Source: Parcubacteria group bacterium Gr01-1014_8 | Lineage (GTDB): Bacteria; Patescibacteriota; Minisyncoccia; Phycocordibacterales; UBA2100 | Assembly: GCA_007376385.1 (NCBI GenBank) | Contig: VMGC01000001.1 | Span: forward strand, 1-64,000 | Reading direction: 5' to 3' | DNA length: 64,000 bases | Shown here: one piece after another, positions 8,157-15,747 of the stretch | How positions within the stretch are numbered: the first letter of the stretch is position 1 | Layout of the letters: the number at the start of each line of letters is the position of its first letter | Translations under genes and position numbers: made by a program | The notes under the pieces: model-generated | Seen by the model: the letters and a program-made list of their open reading frames with translations, nothing else | The model's database searches: none | What the model was told of the DNA's origin: nothing

Positions 8157-8437
8157 CTACTGCCCCAACAATTGGAGGATGGATTGCAGGGTGGATTCGA
8201 GTGAGACCGGGGTGGGGCCCGTCGCAAGGCCAGAGCTGTCGAGGCGAGGAGGGTGAGAAGCGAATACGTGGAGCTTCGCAAGACCTTGAGAGGTTTTATT
8301 TGTGCGTACTCGCGAAAATAAAATCCTCAAGGTGTACTGATCCTGTAAGGATCGCGCAAAATCGTAGCAACGATTTATGCGTGACCGGTGAGGGCGCTGG
8401 CGAGTTGTGAACTGTTCGGAGTAAACGCACCAGTACC
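8157..8437 (-). pseudogene. displaced 3' remnant of gene 8438..9988: about 190-nt structured insertion followed by an orphan copy of the conserved tail (...SLESTLQSILQLLGQ*)
   Basis: 8157..8212 is nearly identical at DNA level to the 3' ends of 5672..7495 and 12169..14901. After the TAG at 8438 the same frame reads GTGAFTPNSSQLASALTGHA*, homologous to ...NSQLASALTALES... of the paralogues. The segment 8211..8398 in between has three hairpins. Confidence 0.55.
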
Positions 8438-9925
8438 CTACCCACCTACGCCGGTGACGGTGACAAGTACATACGTGTTCGTTGTGTCCGGAGATACTGG
8501 CGATGGTGCGAGGCTTGCATAGAGCTTGAAAGACTTGAGAGGCATGTCGGTCGGGACCGTGTAATTGAATGAACCTGACGTGGGGGCGGTTGCGGTCAGG
8601 ACATATTGATTGAGGCCGTCTGTCGACACCATGCTCAATCGGACGATTGACCCAGCCGGCGCGTTCTGCCCCTGCCACGAAATACCGATGACACTCCCGC
8701 GAGCGATGCTCGCGCCCGATTGCGGAGACGTGATGGTGATGGCTGGCGCGCTCTCAACGTCAGTGGCAGTGCAGCTCGCGTACTGGTACGAAGTTGCACC
8801 CGAGAGAACGCCGTTATTACACGTACGGTCGATGGAAAAGGTCTGGCACATCGACCAACTCGAGGCCACGCGCTGCTGGTAGAATTTGCGCGTTTGGCCG
8901 TGTGGCACAGTGACTCCATCAAGCGGGCATGAAGCATTTGCGGTCGGGCAGATTAGCTGATCTTGCGCACACGTCGCGCCCGGCTGCCAGTAGCAACCGA
9001 CAGGAGGATTAGCGTGCTCGCAGATCTGCCTCGGTGCGGTGACGGTGATTGTCGCAACGCCGAGATTGTCAACCTGAGAAGAAACTGTTCGTTTCAGTTT
9101 CGCGATGTAGGTTCCGACGGCTGCATACGTGTGCGAGACGGTGTAGACCTGCGGGCACGAGACGCCCTCCGGCGCGCCGCAGCTCAGGAGATGGAGCGGG
9201 CCGGTCGATCCGTCGCCGAAATCCACGTAAAAGGTCGAAGGCGCGGCGTCTCCGGGATTGACGGTAAATGTGACGGCAAGAGGTGCCTCACCGGATGTTG
9301 GAGAAGCACTGAACGAGGGGTTCGAACTGGTTGTAAGAGATGCAACCATAATCGTCGCGCTGCACGTCGCAACTGCTTGATGCCCCCAGAAGGTGCCGGT
9401 GTAGGTCGCGGTCTGTGTCGGATAGATCGTTTGAGAGCCATGAGGTGCGACCGTGCCAATGCCGCTGATCGTGCCATAGTTCGCGTTCGTGCTTGACCAG
9501 GTGAGGAGGGATGATAGGCCGAGGGTGATGGAGGCCGGCGAGACACTCATGGAGCACTGGGAGTTCGTCGGCGATGGGATTGGTACTGGGTACGAAGTTG
9601 CGGTGCTGCTGCAGACTCTCTGGATGGCTTCTCTGGTTTTGGGGCCCACTCTGCCATAGCCATTAGCGGCTTCGCTTCCCGAACAGATGCCCATCTCCCG
9701 GCACTGGAAGGATCGGACGGCTGCGCGGGTGAGATTGCCAAAGTAGCCGGTCGTGTTGCCTGTTGCGAGATCCCTCGTTTCGATGAGGAAGACTTGGAGT
9801 TCCCGGACATCAGAGCCGGACATGCCGATGGAGAGGTTGCGGTAGAGGTTGGGGCAGGTGGCGGCGGAGGTGAGAGCTGGCAGGAGGAGTGCCACGAGAC
9901 CGAGGGAGAGGAGGAGTTTCTGCAT
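8438..9925 (-). CDS. large secreted cell-wall-binding protein (signal peptide, PG_binding_1-like, PKD-type and 4-Cys modules); C-terminal tail truncated by TAG
   Basis: MQKLLLSLGLVALLLPALTSAAT signal peptide. GSDVRELQVFLIE ... GYFGNLTRAAVRSFQ is PG-binding-like. FYVDFGDGSTG ... HTYAAVGTYIAKL is PKD-like. SCPLDGVTVPHGQTRKFY ... CQTFSIDRTCNNGVLSGATSYQYASC is the recurring 4-Cys module. Start probably the Met at 9925 rather than 9988. Confidence 0.8.
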   Translation of the reverse strand: MQKLLLSLGLVALLLPALTSAATCPNLYRNLSIGMSGSDVRELQVFLIETRDLATGNTTGYFGNLTRAAVRSFQCREMGICSGSEAANGYGRVGPKTREAIQRVCSSTATSYPVPIPSPTNSQCSMSVSPASITLGLSSLLTWSSTNANYGTISGIGTVAPHGSQTIYPTQTATYTGTFWGHQAVATCSATIMVASLTTSSNPSFSASPTSGEAPLAVTFTVNPGDAAPSTFYVDFGDGSTGPLHLLSCGAPEGVSCPQVYTVSHTYAAVGTYIAKLKRTVSSQVDNLGVATITVTAPRQICEHANPPVGCYWQPGATCAQDQLICPTANASCPLDGVTVPHGQTRKFYQQRVASSWSMCQTFSIDRTCNNGVLSGATSYQYASCTATDVESAPAITITSPQSGASIARGSVIGISWQGQNAPAGSIVRLSMVSTDGLNQYVLTATAPTSGSFNYTVPTDMPLKSFKLYASLAPSPVSPDTTNTYVLVTVTGVGG

Positions 9926-9988
9926 GTATGGAATGATACGGGAAAAGTGCGGCGGGGTGGTGCGGGGAGTGGGGATAATGACACGCAA

Positions 9989-11110
9989 CTATTGCAAGAG
10001 AAGTGTTGGTGCTGATTTCCGCGTTACGATCGTCGGCAGTGTTCCAGGAAATTCCGAGAGCCATGCGCGTGAATATGGCGCTTCCCCGGCCCACTTGCAC
10101 TCAAACGCGCGCAACGTCCCCTGCGCGTCTTCGACAAGATCTATTTCCGCGCCCGTTTTCGTCCGCCAGTAATACAGTGTGGCGCGATTGTCTTGACGAT
10201 CCAGTTGCTTCACCCGCTCCGCGATGAAGAAATTCTCAAAAAGGTGGCCTTTGTCCGCGCGGTATTCGAGCGGTTTGAAGTCGTCAATGAGCGCGTTCCT
10301 GATGCCCGTGTCATAAAAATATATTTTGTCGAAGCGCGTGACTTCTTTGCGTTTGTTCTTTCCCAAGGGCGGCAGACGAAAAATGACGAACGCCTGCTCC
10401 AAGAGCCGCACATAACCCATCACAGTCTGCCGGCTCACTTCGAGCTGCTGTGCAAGTTCATTGTAGGAGACTTGCTGCCCAACCTGGAGCGCGAGAAGTT
10501 TCACTAGTTTTTCGACCACCATCGGCTTACGGATCGTCTCGATGCGCAGGACATCCCTAAGGAGATAGTCGCGCGCGAGCGAACGCGCCTCGTTCTCCGG
10601 CAGTGGTGCGGCAATGACCGCCGGATATGACCCAAAACGGATGCGCTCTTCCAGGAGTCGCGATGCCTCGATCGTGCCGATCGACGCCGCATATTCCGAG
10701 AATGAGATCGGATGGAGCGTAAACGATTCGTTCCGCCCGGTCAAAGGCTCGCTCACCGAATTTGATAATTCAAACGACGATAATCCAGTGGCAATGATGG
10801 TGAGATCCGGATAGGTGTCGTGCAGGAGTTTCAGCGAAAGGCCGATGTCTGGCACGCGTTGCGCCTCATCCAATACTACAAGCTGCCCGTCCCCGATGAA
10901 CGATTTCATTTCCGTCGAGGTCTTTCTCGTAAGCGCTTCCCGGATATCGGGTTCGTCGCAGTTCAGATACCTGCTTTTGCCCGTGTATCCTGCTAGAATC
11001 TCCTTAACGAGCGTTGTCTTCCCCACTTGTCGGGCACCATACAGGATGATAATTTTGGATTTGCCAAGGACTGACTCAATCTTCGGTTTTAGATACCTAT
11101 TTATATGCAT
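9989..11110 (-). CDS. AAA-family ATPase, DUF4143-type (Walker A GARQVGKTT)
   Basis: 373 aa. N-terminal P-loop LYGARQVGKTTL and a Walker B-like VVLDEAQ. Overall architecture resembles the widespread 'ATPase AAA + DUF4143' family that is often found in mobile or defence neighbourhoods. Confidence 0.7.
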   Translation of the reverse strand: MHINRYLKPKIESVLGKSKIIILYGARQVGKTTLVKEILAGYTGKSRYLNCDEPDIREALTRKTSTEMKSFIGDGQLVVLDEAQRVPDIGLSLKLLHDTYPDLTIIATGLSSFELSNSVSEPLTGRNESFTLHPISFSEYAASIGTIEASRLLEERIRFGSYPAVIAAPLPENEARSLARDYLLRDVLRIETIRKPMVVEKLVKLLALQVGQQVSYNELAQQLEVSRQTVMGYVRLLEQAFVIFRLPPLGKNKRKEVTRFDKIYFYDTGIRNALIDDFKPLEYRADKGHLFENFFIAERVKQLDRQDNRATLYYWRTKTGAEIDLVEDAQGTLRAFECKWAGEAPYSRAWLSEFPGTLPTIVTRKSAPTLLLQ

Positions 11111-11162
11111 ACTTGCTTTTATGACGCTATATTAGCAAGTATACTGGCGATTGTCAATACTT

Positions 11163-11459
11163 CTACTGCCCCAGCAATTTCAGGATGGATTGCAATGCCG
11201 ATTCGAGTGCGGTGAGGGAGTTGGCGAAAGGCTTCTGCCTCATTGTTCCTGACACTTTATTGGCGTGCAATACCCCGTGGAGTCGGTACTCCGACCCTCG
11301 GGGATGCACACCAAACCCGAATGGGCGGTGGCCCATTCCTATTCCAACACAAAATTCGCGGGAAACCACCGTGGCGTTTTTGCTCGAAGATGAGCGCCCA
11401 CCGGGCGCACTCATTTGAAAGGGCGGCGATTCATCCCCGCTAGCCTGGCTGCGGGGCAT
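11163..11459 (-). pseudogene. orphan copy of the conserved C-terminal tail (...FANSLTALESALQSILKLLGQ*) with unrelated upstream sequence
   Basis: Last 22 codons and about 70 nt match the 3' ends of 5672..7495 and 12169..14901. Upstream residues have no similarity to those genes. Sits between the AAA ATPase and the HepT/MntA pair. Confidence 0.5.
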
Positions 11460-11494
11460 TCTCGCCGTCCAACGAGTAAACGGGCAGCTCGTCT

Positions 11495-11845
11495 TTACTT
11501 TGAGACAGCGAGATACGCCGAAATCTTGTCTTGAACCATGGGCACGTCATCTTTGATGACCCGCCACACTTCTTTGAGTTTGAGACCGAAATATTGATGG
11601 ATGGCCACGTCGCGCAACCCAGCGATTTGTTTCCATGGCACATCGATCGCGGAGCGTGCAACCTGCGATACATTCTTCGCCAACTCGCCGATAACAATGA
11701 GTTGCATGATTATCGCACTCTGCGTCTTCGCATCTGCGTAGAATTCCTCCTCGGAGATGGCGCCTAAGAATTCGGTTACCTTTCCGCAGGCCTGCCGGGT
11801 CAGCTCAAGTGTAATCGAATCATCCTTCATAAATCGTCCGAGCAT
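11495..11845 (-). CDS. hepT: HepT-like toxin (DUF86/HEPN) of a HepT/MntA pair
   Basis: R-x4-H-x-Y motif in RDVAIHQYFGL. Pairs with the upstream minimal nucleotidyltransferase gene. The ORF extends to 11899, but the start probably lies at an internal Met so that overlap with mntA is small. Confidence 0.7.
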   Translation of the reverse strand: MLGRFMKDDSITLELTRQACGKVTEFLGAISEEEFYADAKTQSAIIMQLIVIGELAKNVSQVARSAIDVPWKQIAGLRDVAIHQYFGLKLKEVWRVIKDDVPMVQDKISAYLAVSK

Positions 11846-12113
11846 CTGAATAAATCGCCTCTCGCAGAAGCGGATGTACGGCATCCTCCGTAACGACATC
11901 GACGGGAAGCTGCAGTTCTTCGCTCAAATCCTGCTGCAGGCCGACATGGTCGAGAAGCGAAAACGGCGCGTCTCCATAATCGATGAGAACATCAACGTCG
12001 CTTCCTTCGCGATAATCGCCGCGAGCCCGCGAACCATACAGCTGGGCGCGTTTGATGTTCCATTTTTTGAAGATAGGCTTGGTTTTCTCTGCGAGCGCGC
12101 GTAGGTCATCCAT
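11820..12113 (-). CDS. mntA: minimal nucleotidyltransferase antitoxin (MntA-like)
   Basis: 97 aa; LYGSRARGDYREGSDVDVLID is the GS-x(9-10)-DxD nucleotidyltransferase signature. Confidence 0.75.
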   Translation of the reverse strand: MDDLRALAEKTKPIFKKWNIKRAQLYGSRARGDYREGSDVDVLIDYGDAPFSLLDHVGLQQDLSEELQLPVDVVTEDAVHPLLREAIYSDARTIYEG

Positions 12114-12168
12114 GCTGAAATCCTACCACAAGTGGCCGCTTGAGTGCACGCGCATTTTCTACTCCTTC

Positions 12169-14877
12169 CTACCGTCCCAAGAGTTGCAGGATCGCTTTGA
12201 GCGCAGATTCGAGTGCGGTGAGGGAGTTGGCGAGCTGTGTGTGGTTTTGTGCCGCTGCGGTCGGGGCAGTCACGGTGACCGTGATCGTCTCGTGAGGATC
12301 GTAGGTAAAGCCACCAAAAGTATGAACTGTATATGTGCCAGGGCTTGTGTAGATGTGATCCACCAGATAATACGGGTAGCTAGAATCTGTCCCAGGGTAC
12401 GGCGGAGAATATGGCGGCGTGCCATCACCGAAATCGATTGAGGGAAAGACACCCCCGCTATTTGGCGAGTGCGGAACAAGTAGATGTACTGTGAGGGGCG
12501 CGGATCCAGATGAAGGTACAGCGTTGAGACTATTCAGAACATCGCTGCAGTACGCATACCTATAAGCTGCATTGCCCGAGAGCGTGCCGTTTGTACAGGT
12601 TCGCGACAACGACGAACCAGTAGTGGAACAATTTCCCCAACGATTCGAGTAGAAGATGCGACTCTGACCATTTTGAATAGTAACTCCATCGAGGGTGCAC
12701 GAACTGCCATCGGGTGGTGGGGGCGGATACACTTTCACAATGTAATTCTGCACGCTCCAGCCGTCGATCGTGCTGTTGTCCCAGTCGATCTTCCACCACG
12801 TGAAGCCGTTCGCGCTCTGCGGGCCGTCAATGATGGTTCCCTCTGCCCCTGTCGGCTGTGCGTCGAGGATGGCGCCGCTTGTGGAGGGTGTCGCACGGAC
12901 GTTCACGGCGTCGGTCGCCCGCACCCGATCGCCGATTGCGAATGGGGGTGGGGTGGTGCCGCCAGTTACGTTGACTGCCGCAGTCGCCGTCTCATACCCG
13001 CCGTTCGCTAGGAGTTTGGCGGTGTAGCTTCCGGGAGTGGTATACGTGTGCACGATAGTGCCCGAACAGGGGCCGGTACCGGTACACGATTTCTCCGCTG
13101 CGGTGATCTGATGAATGGGCGTACCGTCACCAAAATTGATACGGAACGCTAAGAGCGTCTGGGTAACGGTAAATGCAAGATTGGTAGCGAGAGGCGCGGG
13201 ACCGGAACTGGGAGTTGCGGTGAGGGTGTTTTGGTTGGTGTGAGGGGCGGTGATGGCTACCGTTGCGCGGACGACGCCGCCAATGAGGAGACGAACAGTG
13301 TATGTTCCGGAGGCGGTATATGCATGACCCCCCGTCGCATACCCGGCGCACATCCCATTGTTGTTGCAGTTTTGGGGCGTGACGGTTCCGTACGGCGATC
13401 CGTCGCCCCAGTCGACCTGGCCCTGGAAAATATCGTTTGGTCCTTTCACGCCAAGCCCGAAGCTGTAAGGCAGTCCGGCAGCGGGAGTGGGGATGAGGGA
13501 ATATGTGTTCGTATTCGACACTTTCGCGATGTAATTCTGCACGCTCCAGCCGTCGATCGGGCTGTTGTCCCAATTTATCTTCCACCAGGTGTAGCTGTTC
13601 GCGCTTTGCGGGCCGTCAATGATGGTTCCCTCCGCTCCTGTCGGTTGTGCGCCGAGGATGGTGCCGCTCGTCGAGGGTGTCGCACGGACGTTGACGGCAT
13701 CGGTCGCCCGCACCCTGTCGCCGACTGCGAATGGGGGTGGAGTGCCGGCGGCGGTGATCGTAAAAGGGATGTTCGTTTGGGCAAGCACTTGATAATTAGG
13801 CATCCGCAACGTGGCATAAATGCCTCCATTGCCTGCTAATAAATACAACTCCGTAGGAGTCCAAACATATGAGCCACTCAGCGGCTGAATTCCCCCGATA
13901 CCATACATCGGGGCACCGTAGGGACCCCACGAAAGGATGACCTGGGCGTTTGCGGGTGCATTCTGCGATTGCCAGGAAATGGTGACGGGATTATTTACTT
14001 GGACCGATGATCCCGACGGTGGCGCGGTGATGGTGATGGAGGGAGAAGTGTTCCCCTCTGGCCATGTGCAGGCTGCGTATTGGTACGAGGTCGCGCCCGA
14101 GAGGACGCCATTATTACACGTGCGGTCGATGGAATTCGTCTGGCATTGGGAGGAAGAAACTTCGTCGCGGTGCAGATAGAATTTACGCGTAGCTCCGTGC
14201 GCCACCGTGACCCCATCGAGCGTACAGGAGGTGCCTGACGTAAGCGGCGAAGTGACAGATATTGAGACTGAAGCCACAGTGGCACCAGCTGTCGTCCGCA
14301 GCGAGGCCGTGTAGGTCCCTGCCGACGCGTAGGTGTGGGGAAATTCGCACCCTCCTCCCGTGTAGCACTCGGGATGCAAATCTTGGGACGCGCCGTCGCC
14401 AAAATAGACTCGATACGTGTTGCCGGTTCCGGAGAACGTGAACGTCACCGCGAGGGGGACAACGCCGGATGTCGGCGAGGCAGAAAACGTCGGAGTCTGT
14501 AACGTTTGCGTATGACACGTAAACCGCGGGCCGATGGTGTAGGGGCCGAGCGGGTTTGAGGCGTTGTTGCTGTGCACCCACCAGGCATACTCCTGGTTCG
14601 GCGAAATGGGGAGGGTGATCGTTGTTTCTCCGCGAGTACTGACGGCATGGACAAAATCCGCGTTCCCCGGAATATTAACGCGAACGCTGTAGTAGGTGGC
14701 GTTCGCGGCCGGCGACCACGAGAGCGTCACCTCATCGCCCGCAGCGTTGCAAATGGCCTGAAGATTTTGCGGCGCGGCGAGTGCATCTGGCCCCCAGGGG
14801 GTTGATGACAGCTGCGCGGACGCGAGCGCGGGAGCGAGAACGAGTGCGAAGCCGAATGCCGCGAATAGTTTCTTCAT
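12169..14877 (-). CDS. large secreted protein: FN3-like, several PKD-type modules, two SH3b domains, 4-Cys modules, conserved C-terminal tail ...LTALESALKAILQLLGR
   Basis: Signal peptide MKKLFAAFGFALVLAPALASA. Near-identical internal duplicates GDRVRATDAVNVRATPSTSG(T/A)IL(G/D)AQPTGAEGTIIDGPQSAN ... WWKI(N/D)WDNS are SH3b-like. YRVYFGDGASQ ... HTYASAGTYTASL, VDWGDGSPYG, INFGDGTPI ... HTYTTPGSYTAKL and SIDFGDGTPP are PKD signatures. Confidence 0.85.
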   Translation of the reverse strand: MKKLFAAFGFALVLAPALASAQLSSTPWGPDALAAPQNLQAICNAAGDEVTLSWSPAANATYYSVRVNIPGNADFVHAVSTRGETTITLPISPNQEYAWWVHSNNASNPLGPYTIGPRFTCHTQTLQTPTFSASPTSGVVPLAVTFTFSGTGNTYRVYFGDGASQDLHPECYTGGGCEFPHTYASAGTYTASLRTTAGATVASVSISVTSPLTSGTSCTLDGVTVAHGATRKFYLHRDEVSSSQCQTNSIDRTCNNGVLSGATSYQYAACTWPEGNTSPSITITAPPSGSSVQVNNPVTISWQSQNAPANAQVILSWGPYGAPMYGIGGIQPLSGSYVWTPTELYLLAGNGGIYATLRMPNYQVLAQTNIPFTITAAGTPPPFAVGDRVRATDAVNVRATPSTSGTILGAQPTGAEGTIIDGPQSANSYTWWKINWDNSPIDGWSVQNYIAKVSNTNTYSLIPTPAAGLPYSFGLGVKGPNDIFQGQVDWGDGSPYGTVTPQNCNNNGMCAGYATGGHAYTASGTYTVRLLIGGVVRATVAITAPHTNQNTLTATPSSGPAPLATNLAFTVTQTLLAFRINFGDGTPIHQITAAEKSCTGTGPCSGTIVHTYTTPGSYTAKLLANGGYETATAAVNVTGGTTPPPFAIGDRVRATDAVNVRATPSTSGAILDAQPTGAEGTIIDGPQSANGFTWWKIDWDNSTIDGWSVQNYIVKVYPPPPPDGSSCTLDGVTIQNGQSRIFYSNRWGNCSTTGSSLSRTCTNGTLSGNAAYRYAYCSDVLNSLNAVPSSGSAPLTVHLLVPHSPNSGGVFPSIDFGDGTPPYSPPYPGTDSSYPYYLVDHIYTSPGTYTVHTFGGFTYDPHETITVTVTAPTAAAQNHTQLANSLTALESALKAILQLLGR

Positions 14878-14969
14878 GCGCGAGATGTTACGAATATGCA
14901 TACATCATGCCATGCGGCCGGCGCTTCGCGCCGGCCGCTTTGCACACCCATGTGGATAGCGAAATTGCG

Positions 14970-15362
14970 TCACGAATGCATCCGATCTGCTACCGAATGC
15001 AACACAAGGGCGTATTCTTCACGAACGCGAACCAGAAGTTTGCTCGCATATTCTTCCCCATAATCGTGTACCATCCTGTTCCGGTCATCGATGATCGCAA
15101 GCAGCACTTCCCCCTCATCCTCGCTCACGAGAGATGCAGCAGACGCCGAGCGTACGACGTCTTTGGGTAACGCCACGTCAGCACCGCGTTCCGCCAAGAT
15201 GCGCTGCAATACTTTCGGCATCAACTCGGCCGCGAGTTCAAATCGCAAAAGGACTGCGTCGCGCTCGGCGTTTTCGGGCAAAGGTTTAAGCGCAAGCGCT
15301 TTTTCCAAAGCCTCTACCGCTTTTCCGAAGCGATGTGTTGTCCTCTTCGCTATGGTATCCAT
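14970..15362 (-). CDS. HEPN-domain protein (nucleotidyltransferase substrate-binding, HI0074-like) - toxin of a HEPN/MNT pair
   Basis: 130 aa, all-helical. R-x4-H motif in DDRNRMVHDY. Overlaps the upstream MNT gene by 13 nt. Confidence 0.65.
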   Translation of the reverse strand: MDTIAKRTTHRFGKAVEALEKALALKPLPENAERDAVLLRFELAAELMPKVLQRILAERGADVALPKDVVRSASAASLVSEDEGEVLLAIIDDRNRMVHDYGEEYASKLLVRVREEYALVLHSVADRMHS

Positions 15363-15679
15363 ACGACGGATTCGTTCTGCAAGACAAAATCACGGAAATC
15401 GGCGTCTGCGGCATCGAGATCGACAACGTCCACTTTGTACGGGATGGGTGAATCATAGAAACGGTCACGCAATTCCGAGAGTTTTTTTTGCGACCTCCCG
15501 TTCCCCACGACGCCGAGATCAATGTCATGAAATTTTTCTTTCCGAACCGAAGAGCCGAAGAGGAAATAACGGTTTGAACCTTGCGGGTCAAACTTCTTAA
15601 CGATGTCTCTCACTTGATTTTCATACCGCAGCTTCGTCATGTGGAAATCATAGCACAACGCGCAGGGCTTCAGGATCAA
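15350..15679 (-). CDS. minimal nucleotidyltransferase (HI0073-like) - antitoxin of a HEPN/MNT pair
   Basis: 109 aa; YFLFGSSVRKEKFHDIDLGVV carries the G(S/G) ... DxD nucleotidyltransferase motif. Confidence 0.7.
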   Translation of the reverse strand: MILKPCALCYDFHMTKLRYENQVRDIVKKFDPQGSNRYFLFGSSVRKEKFHDIDLGVVGNGRSQKKLSELRDRFYDSPIPYKVDVVDLDAADADFRDFVLQNESVVWIP

Positions 15680-15747
15680 GGTGGATTGCCCTCACTCTCG
15701 CTGATTGTGGAGAGTGGCAATGGTGCAAGCTGGTACGTGCAACGGGT

